A stretch of 64,000 nucleotides of DNA from Candidatus Gastranaerophilales bacterium (GCA_017475485.1 JAFVFO010000052.1:6437-70436); one strand, 5' to 3'. Shown: positions 19,523 through 29,109, numbered from the stretch's first letter. Program-made: numbers and translations. Notes: generated by a model not told the origin, from the letters alone.

Positions 19523-20803
19523 ATGTGGGAAGTAATTAGAAAAAATAAAATCAAATCTGTCATTGCGCTTTTTTCAATGACGGTTTGGTATTCTATGGTT
19601 TATGGCTTTATTTGCATGTTAATTATATTATCTGTGTTTAAAGACTCTGCAAATCTTGCTCAAAATGTTAATTTCTTCTATGCTTCGGGTGTTTTAGTAG
19701 CATTTTTGATATTTTTAATACAATTTTTAATGTTAAAAGATAAGCCTTACAAAGTGGGTTCTTGCATTATTTATCCTATAGGAAAAGACCGATATAAACA
19801 GCTTTATAATATTGTTGAAGAAATTGCAATTGCTTCAGGTACAGGGTTATCCCCGCAATTATATATATTGAATTCAGATATTCCGAATGCCTATGCCTGC
19901 GGATTTAGTGCGAAAAAATCTTGCGTTGTTATTTCAAAAAAACTTCTTGAAATATTATCAAGAGATGAATTACAAGGGGTAATCGCTCATGAAATGAGCC
20001 ATATTATAAATAAAGATACAACCTATCTTTTGTGTTCGGGGGCTTTGTATTCTATTTCTGCCGCCTTCAGCGCAAGTTTTTTAAAAGGAGCTAAACGTGG
20101 AAGCAGAGGAGCTGCGGGATGTCTTTTGTTATATTGTTTAAGTGCATTCGGGCAAGCAATATGTTTTATTCTTTTTATGTTTATTTCAAGGAAAAGAGAA
20201 TATATAGCTGATGCTTCGGCAAGCGTTTATACAAGATACCCTAAAGGGCTTGCTGATGCTTTATTAAAATTGGAATATGAAAATGATAAAGACGTATTTT
20301 TTGATTACGATAATTCCGATTCTTTATTGAACGCGTCATTTTTAATTCCGTTTATAAAGCTGGAAGATAGTATTTTTTCGACACATCCTTCAACGCAAAA
20401 CAGAATTAAAGTTCTTTTAAATATGGAAACAGCAGATTATAGAGAATATGAGAAGGAATTTCAACGATTGAATAATCAAAATCTGCTTCCAAAAAGTGCT
20501 TTGGAAAATGCAAAAAATATACCCATAAAAAATGTTAAAGAGGTTAAAATAGAGCCTAAAATTGCGCTTGCATGTGCTTTAGGCGGTGCTGTTAAAGATA
20601 AAGAACAAGTACAAACCATAAAAAATAACAAAGAAATTTTAGAACAAAATATTAAAAAACATAGAGAAGTTGAAGACATGGTTCGTGATTTGGCAGGCTA
20701 CATCGCTATAGATTGCGAATGCGGTACAAAATTAAAAATACCGCCTGTGTATAAAGATAAAATAGTTATTTGTCCTCATTGCAAGAAAAAACATGTTATT
20801 TAA
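19523..20803 (+). CDS. M48 (HtpX-like) zinc metalloprotease with C-terminal zinc ribbon
   Basis: Contains the HEMSHI zincin motif and multiple TM helices. The C-terminus has CECGTKLKIP...CPHCKKKH. LemA-M48 pairing is common. Confidence 0.85.
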   Translation: MWEVIRKNKIKSVIALFSMTVWYSMVYGFICMLIILSVFKDSANLAQNVNFFYASGVLVAFLIFLIQFLMLKDKPYKVGSCIIYPIGKDRYKQLYNIVEEIAIASGTGLSPQLYILNSDIPNAYACGFSAKKSCVVISKKLLEILSRDELQGVIAHEMSHIINKDTTYLLCSGALYSISAAFSASFLKGAKRGSRGAAGCLLLYCLSAFGQAICFILFMFISRKREYIADASASVYTRYPKGLADALLKLEYENDKDVFFDYDNSDSLLNASFLIPFIKLEDSIFSTHPSTQNRIKVLLNMETADYREYEKEFQRLNNQNLLPKSALENAKNIPIKNVKEVKIEPKIALACALGGAVKDKEQVQTIKNNKEILEQNIKKHREVEDMVRDLAGYIAIDCECGTKLKIPPVYKDKIVICPHCKKKHVI

Positions 20804-20862
20804 TTTAGGCAAAAAATATATTCAGCCTACTTTAAATATATGTAGATAAATTATTTGGCCAA

Positions 20863-21639
20863 ATGACGGAAATTCAAAAAACAGCATACCCGAATAAAAC
20901 ATTTGCAATGTTTAATGTACCAAGTTTCAGACACTGCGATAATTTTCAAAATGCAGATTTGAAGCCCAGGCAAAAAGCACACATTGCTGCTTGTGCGTTT
21001 TTAGGTGCTATTGTCCCTGTTGTAATTTTAAATTCTTTTAAAAAAGGGCGTATGAATGATTTAATTAGTTCATTTAAGAATAATTTGCCCTTTAGGGATA
21101 AATTTAAAAATATTTGGAAAATGTTTGAAATAGAAAACTATTTTCAAATTCTTGCAACAACTACCGGCGGTGTTTTTGGCGGATTGCTGGGCGGTTTAAA
21201 ATTTGCAAAAAATAAAGAAGATAAAGAAGCAAAATATAAAGAAAGCATATTTGAATTTTTGAACAGTATGACCCCTACAACCCTTGTTGCACTTGGCCTT
21301 AAGACTTTGGAAAAAAACGGTAAATCAAAATCCATACCGCTTGAGGCGGGAATTATTTTATCATCCGTTGCAGGCGGTATGTTTATTGCAAACAAGGCTT
21401 CTAATAAAATTAATGAATTAATTTTTGATAAAAATAAGAAAAAAGAAGATAAAGATACAAGAAACTTTAAACCCACAGATTGTTTGGTGCATGTTGATGA
21501 TATATTAAATCTTGCAGTGCTTGCAAAAATACCTTATGCAAATAAACTGCAGGTAGATAAATTATTGCCTTTAATTTATGCCAGAACAGGCTATGAAGTC
21601 GGAAATGCAAAAAAGAAAAAATCTAACAATAAAATATAA
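20863..21639 (+). CDS. Hypothetical membrane protein
   Basis: 258 aa with predicted TM segments (AACAFLGAIVPVVIL, ILATTTGGVFGGLLGGL, GIILSSVAGGMFIA). No family recognised. Confidence 0.5.
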   Translation: MTEIQKTAYPNKTFAMFNVPSFRHCDNFQNADLKPRQKAHIAACAFLGAIVPVVILNSFKKGRMNDLISSFKNNLPFRDKFKNIWKMFEIENYFQILATTTGGVFGGLLGGLKFAKNKEDKEAKYKESIFEFLNSMTPTTLVALGLKTLEKNGKSKSIPLEAGIILSSVAGGMFIANKASNKINELIFDKNKKKEDKDTRNFKPTDCLVHVDDILNLAVLAKIPYANKLQVDKLLPLIYARTGYEVGNAKKKKSNNKI

Positions 21640-21930
21640 AATGGGTATTTCGGCAAATATATTTTTTGATTTGTTTTGAACATATATGAATTTAAATACT
21701 ATATCTCCATTAAAATTTAATAAAAATATTGCCTTGAAAACGAAAAAAAGCAGTATCGGTTGTTCTGCATAAGATGTAAGAAAAAATTACCCTAAAACTT
21801 TAACATATCCTGAAAATCATTATTTAAATCAAATATCTTTCACAAAACAGGCAAAAGCTGATTTTAACAATTCTTCTTTTTCTTGAACTGTATAAGGTTT
21901 TCTTTTCATTTTTACCTCCTTATATATTAA

Positions 21931-21972
21931 AACCCTAAAACTAGTTTTTTTATCTTGTCTAGTTTTAGGGTT
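21931..21972 (-). terminator. Hairpin downstream of the 22005..22358 gene
   Basis: A 14-bp perfect stem AACCCTAAAACTAG / CTAGTTTTAGGGTT with a T-rich 14-nt loop. The flanking U-run is weak. Confidence 0.45.
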
Positions 21973-22004
21973 TCAGTTCAGTTTGCATTGCGGCTTTTTT
22001 ATTA

Positions 22005-22358
22005 TTAACTTTCGCTTGATGATGAATTATCTTGTTTAGGCGGCATTGGCGGTCTGCTGTTTGAGTTGTTAGTGTCTGTTCCCTGTGGTGGTTCGGGGGG
22101 TTGTCCGCCTTGAAAATTGTTATCTGATGAATTATCCCATTCTTTCGGTGTCATTTTTCCGCCCGGTTGAGAATCGGGTTTATATTTCGGTCTTTTGTTA
22201 TTTAATTTTTCGCCATTCATTTGGGGCGGCTGTCCGCCATTTTGTGAAAATTGCGGTGGCTGCGGTTTTGAACTTGTGTTTGTTGTATCAGCAAATACTA
22301 CTCCTGAATAACCGACAATAAACAACCCTAAAACTAACAATACTAATTTTTTTTTCAT
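22005..22358 (-). CDS. Secreted Pro/Gln/Asn-rich low-complexity protein
   Basis: Signal peptide MKKKLVLLVLGLFIVGYSGVVFA, followed by repeated GGQPPQ / PPxP segments. Confidence 0.6.
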   Translation of the reverse strand: MKKKLVLLVLGLFIVGYSGVVFADTTNTSSKPQPPQFSQNGGQPPQMNGEKLNNKRPKYKPDSQPGGKMTPKEWDNSSDNNFQGGQPPEPPQGTDTNNSNSRPPMPPKQDNSSSSES

Positions 22359-22545
22359 TTACAAATCCTTTCTTGCAAATAAATTGTAACCTCGTGATAC
22401 TTATATTATACCAAACGATATAATCATGTAATATGTTCATTTTGTTAAATTGAATATTTAAAATTCTTAATATAAAATATATATCGCCTTGTGCTGATTA
22501 AAAAGTTAAGAAATAGAAAATACCGTTGCGAGGTTGGTGCTGAAA

Positions 22546-22893
22546 TCATATAAAATAGCATTTGACCTCAAAATTTTTAATTTTTTCTCTTAATTTATTA
22601 AAATCACCGTCAAAATTAATACATCTATCATCAATTATCAAATATGCAGGCTCTTTGATATTTGTTACATTTTCAACATATTCATCAAGTCCATTTTCAA
22701 TAACCCATTTTGAAGCAATTAAAGAATTTCTTGTTGTAAAAATGACAACTTTATAATCTTGCGATAACTCTTTTATTAGTTCGTATGCTCCGTTTTTAAT
22801 AGGTGGGATATATGTTTTATCGTATTTCCCATCATAAGTATTCAATACACCATCTAAATCAAATAATATTGTTTTCTTAAATTTATCTATCAT
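22546..22893 (-). CDS. Small HAD-superfamily hydrolase-like protein
   Basis: Carries the DxDxV motif I (ILFDLDGVLN), VVIFTTRN (motif II) and IIDDR (motif IV-like). Ends with TGA. Confidence 0.6.
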   Translation of the reverse strand: MIDKFKKTILFDLDGVLNTYDGKYDKTYIPPIKNGAYELIKELSQDYKVVIFTTRNSLIASKWVIENGLDEYVENVTNIKEPAYLIIDDRCINFDGDFNKLREKIKNFEVKCYFI

Positions 22894-22957
22894 TATTGCC
22901 TTCTTATCGTGCTATATGCCTGTTAATTTAATCAGATTATAACAATAAAATTTAACT

Positions 22958-23176
22958 ATGACAAATAGCACGATAGATATTTTTAGAAATAATTTAAGAT
23001 TTTATAGAAACGAACAAGGATTAACTCAAGAAAAGTTAAGCGAATTAACGGGTATTAGCACTGATTATTTGTCAGAAATCGAAAGAGGCAAGAAAACGCC
23101 TAGTTTTAAAAGAATGGAGTTAATAGCAAAAGCTCTTAATTTAGAAGTCTATAAATTATTCATGCCTTTACAATAA
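22958..23176 (+). CDS. XRE-family helix-turn-helix transcriptional regulator
   Basis: 72 aa with LRFYRNEQGLTQEKLSELTGISTDYLSEIERGKKTPS, a classical HTH_3 region. Confidence 0.85.
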   Translation: MTNSTIDIFRNNLRFYRNEQGLTQEKLSELTGISTDYLSEIERGKKTPSFKRMELIAKALNLEVYKLFMPLQ

Positions 23177-23236
23177 ATCTTGTTTTGAAATTTTTTGCAA
23201 CTTTTTTGCGACTTTTTAAATTTTTGGCACAAAAAA

Positions 23237-23310
23237 TACGCCTGGCGCGATTCGAACGCGCGACCCTCTGCTTAGAAGGCAGATGCTCTATCCAGCTGAG
23301 CTACAGACGC
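23237..23310 (-). tRNA. tRNA-Arg (anticodon UCU)
   Basis: The minus strand reads GCGTCTGTAGCTCAGCTGGATAGAGCATCTGCCTTCTAAGCAGAGGGTCGCGCGTTCGAATCGCGCCAGGCGTA. I folded a full cloverleaf by hand: D stem GCTC/GAGC, anticodon stem TCTGC/GCAGA with loop CT-TCT-AA, and T arm GCGCG-TTCGAAT-CGCGC. No CCA is encoded, and positions 1 and 72 form a G-U pair. Confidence 0.85.
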
Positions 23311-23349
23311 ATAGTTTATGTTTATTTAATTGTCAAATTTTCGATTTTT

Positions 23350-23408
23350 GTGCCCGTATGACCCACCGCTTAGAAGGCAGATGCTCTATCCAGCTGAGCT
23401 ACAGACGC
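23350..23408 (-). pseudogene. Truncated tRNA-Arg(UCU) copy (5' 41 nt identical, T arm missing)
   Basis: The minus strand reads GCGTCTGTAGCTCAGCTGGATAGAGCATCTGCCTTCTAAGC and then diverges (GGTGGGTCATACGGGCAC). No T arm or acceptor 3' strand is present. Confidence 0.8.
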
Positions 23409-23427
23409 ATAAGTTATATTTATTAAG

Positions 23428-23614
23428 TTGTCATTTTCTCAGCCGGATAGAGCATAATGCTGTATCTTTTTGAAAGCTAGCGCTTTCAATGGCAGCTGAG
23501 CTACAGACGCATATCTGTTGTTTATTTAATTGTCATTTTCTCAGCCGGATAGAGCATAATGCTGTATCTTTTTGAAAGCTAGCGCTTTCAATGGCAGCCA
23601 AGCTACGGACGCAT
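23428..23614 (-). repeat. Two 85-bp direct repeats (period 102 bp), each with a tRNA-Arg 5' end fused to a palindromic insert and an inverted D-arm copy
   Basis: The units at 23428..23512 and 23530..23614 are near-identical. On the minus strand each reads GCGTCTGTAGCTCAGCTG-CCATTGAAAGCGCTAGCTTTCAAAAAGATACAGCATTATGCTCTATCCGGCTGAG. The distal copy is mutated to GCGTCCGTAGCTTGGCTG. Confidence 0.85.
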
Positions 23615-23669
23615 AACGTATCAACTATACTAATATGATATCAAATAAAATAAACCTTGCAAGCATTTT

Positions 23670-25376
23670 TTAAAATGTTGGTATTTTGATAATAAATTTT
23701 GTCTTATAATTCGGTTCATTTTCAAGCAAGCCTGATTTAAAATTAATTTCACCATTATGTTTTTCTATAATTTTTTTGCAAATTGCAAGGCCGAGGCCTG
23801 TTCCTTGTCCTTTCTTTTTTGTAGTGAAGCCTGCTTGAAAAATCTTATCTTGATTTTGTTCCGAAATGCCTTTTCCGTTATCAAAAATTTCAATTTTCAA
23901 AAAGTTATTATCAATTTTTGTTTCTATTTTAATTTTTCCCAAATAATCAGGATTTTCTTTTTTAATATCTTCTATAGAATGAATACCGTTCATCAAAATA
24001 TTTAAAAATACTTGATTTAACATATTAGGATAACAGTTCACAAGCGGGATTTCGCCATATTTTTTTTCAATTTCAAAACCGCGTTTAATTTTATGATGTA
24101 TCAAATCCAAAGTTAAATTCAATTCCTCATTAATATTTGCTTCTTGTTGTTCTGTTTCATCCAGTCTTACGAAGCGTCTTAAGGATTGAACAATATTAGT
24201 TATTCTTTTAATAGCTTCTTTATCCGTAGAATTCATTTCCTTTAAAATGGTAAGCATACTGATATCAAAGCTGTTGAAAACAGTATGCATCATTTCATTA
24301 TTTGCATTTATTGCGCTTAAAGGTGTATTTATTTCATGGGCAACAGATGCAATTAATTGTCCCAAAGATGCCATTTTTTCTGAATTTATAAGCTGCAATT
24401 GCGTTTCTTTTAATTCTTGAATTGCATCTTCTAATTCTTCCTTTTTCTTTGAAATTTGGTGGAAAAGGCTTGCCTGAACTATTGAAGAAGTTACAACCAT
24501 GGAGATACTGACTAATAATTCGCGCTCAAGCTCTGAAATTTCTTTTTTAGGGGTGAAAATAACCGCAACGCCATAAAGTTGTGCATTTTTTAAAATCGGA
24601 ATTATTATCCTTGTTGTTGAGTTTAACAAAGGTATGCTTGCGCCTTCGTGTTCTTTTAGGCATGCTTGAATTGAATTTTCACCTGCATGGAGAATATCCG
24701 TCAGTTCTTTTGAATATTTAATTTTTTCGCCTATTTGCGGAGCATATACAGAAGGAAAAGTGTATTTAATGGTTAAATCGCCTTTGTTAAATTCCGCAAA
24801 ATAGCTTTTTGAAGCGCCAAAAACGGTTGATAATTCTTCTAAGAATTTTTCAATTAATGTTTTTATATCCAATTCATTTTTAATGCTTAATGAAATTCTA
24901 TTTAGCAATGCCATTTTAACGGCTTGGTTTTGTGCTTTTGAATTTGTTTTTGAAAATTCAAAATTCTGCAATCTGAGTCGTTCGTTTTCTTCTTTTAATC
25001 TTTCGATATTAATGGTTGAAGTTACGTCATAAAAATAAACAATTCTATAGCGTTTTTTAACGCTAAAGGCTTTAATTATAAAATGATAAAATTCATCTTC
25101 TTCTTTTTGATAAACCACGTAGCTTGTGTAGCTGTTTTCGCCTTGAATTGCACTAATTAAGGGGTTATAGGTTCTAATATCTTCCGATTTAATAAAGCAC
25201 ATCTGGTATGAAAATTTGTAGCTTAATTTGTTCAGGCAATCGTAGTTTTTAGAATTATTATATTCACCGAACATTTTTTGAAATGATAAATTATGATACA
25301 AAATCTCTGATTTTTTATCATATATAATAATCGGTTCTTGCAGATTATGATAAAAACTTATTAAAGCATTGCTCAT
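23670..25376 (-). CDS. Cytoplasmic sensor histidine kinase (PAS-like plus GAF, HisKA, HATPase_c)
   Basis: The H-box is ASVAHEINTPLSAI. The N, G1 and G2 boxes are LNILMNGIHS, DNGKGI and GTGLGLAICKKIIEKHNGEI. No TM segments. Confidence 0.85.
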   Translation of the reverse strand: MSNALISFYHNLQEPIIIYDKKSEILYHNLSFQKMFGEYNNSKNYDCLNKLSYKFSYQMCFIKSEDIRTYNPLISAIQGENSYTSYVVYQKEEDEFYHFIIKAFSVKKRYRIVYFYDVTSTINIERLKEENERLRLQNFEFSKTNSKAQNQAVKMALLNRISLSIKNELDIKTLIEKFLEELSTVFGASKSYFAEFNKGDLTIKYTFPSVYAPQIGEKIKYSKELTDILHAGENSIQACLKEHEGASIPLLNSTTRIIIPILKNAQLYGVAVIFTPKKEISELERELLVSISMVVTSSIVQASLFHQISKKKEELEDAIQELKETQLQLINSEKMASLGQLIASVAHEINTPLSAINANNEMMHTVFNSFDISMLTILKEMNSTDKEAIKRITNIVQSLRRFVRLDETEQQEANINEELNLTLDLIHHKIKRGFEIEKKYGEIPLVNCYPNMLNQVFLNILMNGIHSIEDIKKENPDYLGKIKIETKIDNNFLKIEIFDNGKGISEQNQDKIFQAGFTTKKKGQGTGLGLAICKKIIEKHNGEINFKSGLLENEPNYKTKFIIKIPTF

Positions 25377-25385
25377 AATTTGAAA

Positions 25386-26009
25386 TTATAATTCTTCAGA
25401 TTCTTTTCTTGTATAAAATCCAAAAGGAAGCGGGGTGTATAATGCAAGCTCTTTTTTAAGGTTGAATACTTGCTTATTTAAGTCGTTAACCTGAGCTCTT
25501 AAATTTTCATTTTCTGTTTTAGAACGGATTAATTCAACAATAATTTCGTCAAAACCATCCATTTTTTCGGATAAAATTTCTGCAAATTTTTCAATAAGGT
25601 TATTTTCAAGTTTTTCAAGACTGTTTTGAATTCCGTAACCTGCAGATTCAAACGCAGGAAGAGATTTAATTCTTGATTTAGCTCTTGTTAAAAAATTAAC
25701 TTTCTGATTTGGGGAAACTAAATCTTCCTCTTGTTTTTGAGCTTCAAGTTTAATGTTTGCTTCCGTTTCAAGCTGTTTTTGAGTATTTCTTGCTTGGGAA
25801 TAAAGTTCTTTCATTTTTCTTAAAACATCAACATCCACACCTGTGAAATACGCATTTCCCATGTCGTCTGTTTTTGGTTTAAGGCATGCCTTTTTGCATA
25901 AAGAAACAACTTCTTCTATATCGCTATCAAGCAGTTCTTCTAACTCCTCAACGTTTATTTTACGCTCTTTTTGAAATTTGGTTACTGTGTCATATAACGA
26001 TTCTTGCAC
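25386..26009 (-). CDS. Hypothetical coiled-coil protein
   Basis: 207 aa, acidic and helical. It lies 9 nt upstream of the histidine kinase gene on the same strand. No family recognised. Confidence 0.5.
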   Translation of the reverse strand: MQESLYDTVTKFQKERKINVEELEELLDSDIEEVVSLCKKACLKPKTDDMGNAYFTGVDVDVLRKMKELYSQARNTQKQLETEANIKLEAQKQEEDLVSPNQKVNFLTRAKSRIKSLPAFESAGYGIQNSLEKLENNLIEKFAEILSEKMDGFDEIIVELIRSKTENENLRAQVNDLNKQVFNLKKELALYTPLPFGFYTRKESEEL

Positions 26010-26147
26010 TTGAATCTCTCTCCCCTTTTGAACTATTGTTCAACCAATATATGATATATTATAGAGTATAATTTTTAAAAGGTAAAATATGTTTCAAAAA
26101 TTTTATAAAATGTAATATAATTTTATAAAAAGGAGTTATTTTAACAA

Positions 26148-26765
26148 ATGCAAAACAACAAAAAAGGCTTGTTTATTACCTTTGAAGGCATAGATGGATG
26201 CGGTAAAACAACACAAATTAACCTTGTTAACAATTATTTAAAAAGTAAAAATTTTAATACAATTTTAACGCTTGAACCCGGCGGGTCTGATATAGGGAAA
26301 AATTTAAGGCAAATTTTGCTTCACCATGAAGGTTTTGTTGATGATATGTGTGAATTATTATTATATTTGGCAGATAGAGCCCAGCACACCGCAAGCGTTA
26401 TTTTGGAAAATATTAATAAAGGTAATATTGTGCTTTGTGACAGATATATTGATTCAACCGTTGCCTATCAAGGGTATGCAAGGGGTTTTGATATTGAAAA
26501 AATAAATTTCCTAAATGAAATAGCAACAAAAGGTTATAAGCCCGATATAACTTTTTTATTTGATACAGATACCGATACCGCCCAGAAAAGAATCGGAAAC
26601 GTTAAAGACAGGCTTGAAAAAGAAAATATTAACTTTCATAATAAAGTCAGAAACGGCTATTTAGAATTAGCAAAAAATAACAAAAGAATTAAAGTAATTA
26701 ATTCCAACCAAACCATAGAAGAAATTTTTGATGAAGTAAAAAAATATATAGATGAAATATTATGA
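26148..26765 (+). CDS. tmk: Thymidylate kinase
   Basis: Contains FITFEGIDGCGKTTQ (P-loop) and the DRY motif (LCDRYIDST). The stop TGA overlaps the next ATG (ATGA). Confidence 0.95.
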   Translation: MQNNKKGLFITFEGIDGCGKTTQINLVNNYLKSKNFNTILTLEPGGSDIGKNLRQILLHHEGFVDDMCELLLYLADRAQHTASVILENINKGNIVLCDRYIDSTVAYQGYARGFDIEKINFLNEIATKGYKPDITFLFDTDTDTAQKRIGNVKDRLEKENINFHNKVRNGYLELAKNNKRIKVINSNQTIEEIFDEVKKYIDEIL

Positions 26766-28378
26766 AAAAATTAGCATTACTTTTTATATTACTGATGACA
26801 TCTGTAAATGCGGATATATTGTTTAAAATAGACAATGGCATAAGGCTTTTCAATGCACGAAATTATGACGGTGCAATAAGATATTTTACAAGTTATATCA
26901 ATGCAAATCCTAATGACGAAGACGGATATTTTTGGCTTGGTAAAACATATCTTCAGCAAAATAATGAGAAACAGGCGGTTTCCGCTTTTAAAAAAGCCTA
27001 TGCGCTTGCTTTTAGCGATAAAAATATTGATAAAATTGACTTTGAAAACAATGAATATGATAATCTTGAAGATTATTTTGATATGGCGGCAAGCTACTAT
27101 GAAGAAGCAAACTATAAAGAAGCCCTTAATTATGCAGATATGATGATTAAAATAGACCCTGATTCTTCGGGCGCATATTTTATAAAATCAAAAATAGCAT
27201 ATATTGAAGGTGACAAAATTCTTGCTGTTGAATATTTAAATAAGGCAATTTTATTTAACAATTCACTTCTGAAAACAAAATTGGCGCGTGTTTTAGGGGT
27301 GGATAAAGTTCCCGAGCTGTCAAAGGAAGATTGTGCCTTATATGCGCAAAAAACCTATTTTAAGGGTGATATTAATGCAAGTATTAAATATTTAAAACAA
27401 TATTTAAAGATTGATGAAAATAACATAGATATATATAATATGTTAATTAATTGCTATTTGAAAAATAAAAATATACAAGATGCCAAAACTGCCTTGATTC
27501 AGGCACAGAAAATAAACCCGAATAATACATCTTTAATGCTTTTATCGGCCGAAACGGAACGTCTTGAAAATGCGCAAAGTGATGAAAAATATAAACAAAT
27601 ATTATTAAAAACTTATGAAATTAATCCGAATAACAGAAATGTTCTTTTAAAATTAGGCAATTTTTACCTTGATAAAAAAGATTATGAAAATGCAAGCAAA
27701 TACTTTGAAATGCTTACTAATGTTGACGATACAATGTATGAAGGGTATTTTGGCTATATTTATTCATTAATAAAATTAAATAAAACCGAAGAAGCGCAAA
27801 GCTACATAAAAACAATAACCGAATTAAATAAAAATACATCGGAAATTAATTATCTTCTGGCTTTAATTTGCTACAATAATCAGGAATATAAAGAAGCGCT
27901 TGATTATTTAAACACTGCAGTGCAAAAAGAACAAAATCCCGTATATTTTCTTGAAGGGGGTAAAATCTCTTATATTTTAAATGATTACGCGCTTTCAATA
28001 AAATATTTAACACCGATTGCAAAAAACCCCGAAGCAATTGAATATTTAATAGCTTCTTATATAAAAACAAATGATTTAGATAAGGCAAATGAACTCATAG
28101 CGGGAAACAGCGAATTTGACAAAAACAGAATTTTATATAAATATTATTTATATAAAATATCTAAATCGGAAAACAATGGAGAGCTAAATGCCATTTTAAG
28201 GCAGAAGCCTGTTACATTAAGGGATTATTTTGATATTGCCAAAGTAAACCTTTTAGAAGGTAAGAAAGATACGGCAGGGAAAATTCTCAATAATGCAAAT
28301 AAAAAATTCCATAACAATCCCGAATTAAAATACGAAATACAAGATTTACAAAATATAATTAATAGCCCAGTCAGGTAA
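26762..28378 (+). CDS. Secreted TPR-repeat protein
   Basis: Signal peptide MKKLALLFILLMTSVNA, followed by many 34-aa W/Y-LG-Y-A-F-A-P style repeats (e.g. YFWLGKTYLQQNNEKQAVSAFKKAY). Confidence 0.8.
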   Translation: MKKLALLFILLMTSVNADILFKIDNGIRLFNARNYDGAIRYFTSYINANPNDEDGYFWLGKTYLQQNNEKQAVSAFKKAYALAFSDKNIDKIDFENNEYDNLEDYFDMAASYYEEANYKEALNYADMMIKIDPDSSGAYFIKSKIAYIEGDKILAVEYLNKAILFNNSLLKTKLARVLGVDKVPELSKEDCALYAQKTYFKGDINASIKYLKQYLKIDENNIDIYNMLINCYLKNKNIQDAKTALIQAQKINPNNTSLMLLSAETERLENAQSDEKYKQILLKTYEINPNNRNVLLKLGNFYLDKKDYENASKYFEMLTNVDDTMYEGYFGYIYSLIKLNKTEEAQSYIKTITELNKNTSEINYLLALICYNNQEYKEALDYLNTAVQKEQNPVYFLEGGKISYILNDYALSIKYLTPIAKNPEAIEYLIASYIKTNDLDKANELIAGNSEFDKNRILYKYYLYKISKSENNGELNAILRQKPVTLRDYFDIAKVNLLEGKKDTAGKILNNANKKFHNNPELKYEIQDLQNIINSPVR

Positions 28379-28444
28379 TAGGAAAAAATAAAGAGTTCTA
28401 CTATTATAGTCTTCCGGATGGTACAAAAAGAAGGTGAAAAAGAC

Positions 28445-29101
28445 ATGGCAGTATTAACTCTTTTTTTAGTTGATGATGATTTGCTAACCAGAATTTCCCA
28501 CAAAAGAAGGCTTGAATTCAAGTCAAATATCAAGGTTATTGGAGAATTCAGCAATGCGCAGGATTGCATTAAGGCGCTTGCAAGAAAACAACCCGATTTA
28601 ATTCTTATGGATTTAGAGCTATCGGGTGTTAATGGTATCGAAGCCTGCAGATTTATAAAAACAAATTATCCTAAGGTAAAAATAATTATTTTGACTTCAT
28701 TTGAGGATGATTCTAAAGTTTTAGCTTCTTTGTCGCAAGGCGCAAATGGTTATGCTGTAAAAGGAAGATGCGATATCGGAAAAGTAATTGATATAGTTAT
28801 GAATGGTGGTTTTTGGATAGATTCCAAACTGGCATGCCATGCTTTTTCAAAAATTGTAACACCGAGTTTTTCTAATTTGGAAGCCTTGGAAATGCACTGT
28901 CTTTTAAGGGAAAAATTAACTCAAAGAGAGCTGGAAGTTTTGAAATTGATTACCGAAGGAAAAACGAATACCGAAATAGCGCAGGAAATTGTAGTTTCAA
29001 CAAATACAATTAAAGCGCATGTGGGAAGTATTTTAGAAAAGTTAGAGGCCGCAGACAGAGTACAGGCTGCAGTTATTGCAATCAGAGCAAATTTATTTTA
29101 G
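28445..29101 (+). CDS. Response regulator, NarL/LuxR family (REC plus HTH_LuxR)
   Basis: Contains LFLVDDD and DLILMDLELSGVNG, and a C-terminal LTQRELEVLKLITEGKTNTEIAQEIVVSTNTIKAHV. ATG at 28445 has SD GAAGGTG upstream. Confidence 0.9.
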   Translation: MAVLTLFLVDDDLLTRISHKRRLEFKSNIKVIGEFSNAQDCIKALARKQPDLILMDLELSGVNGIEACRFIKTNYPKVKIIILTSFEDDSKVLASLSQGANGYAVKGRCDIGKVIDIVMNGGFWIDSKLACHAFSKIVTPSFSNLEALEMHCLLREKLTQRELEVLKLITEGKTNTEIAQEIVVSTNTIKAHVGSILEKLEAADRVQAAVIAIRANLF

Positions 29102-29109
29102 AGGGTATC

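Noticed and set aside
22546-23310. HAD-like gene plus XRE regulator next to tRNA-Arg as a prophage or integrative-element remnant
   Set aside because: There is no integrase, excisionase, phage structural gene or 3'-tRNA direct repeat. The duplicated pieces are 5' tRNA fragments in tight tandem, so an island call cannot be supported.
23308-23336. TTGACA (23336..23331, minus strand) as the tRNA-Arg promoter -35
   Set aside because: With a 17-nt spacer the -10 would be TATGCG, overlapping tRNA position +1. Transcription would then start inside the tRNA, so the match is probably fortuitous or the promoter lies elsewhere.
23237-23614. Regularly spaced ~100-bp repeats that could be mistaken for a CRISPR array
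   Set aside because: The repeats are tRNA-Arg 5' fragments. The 'spacers' are themselves homologous to each other, the period (~100 bp) and repeat length do not fit CRISPR, and no cas genes are present.
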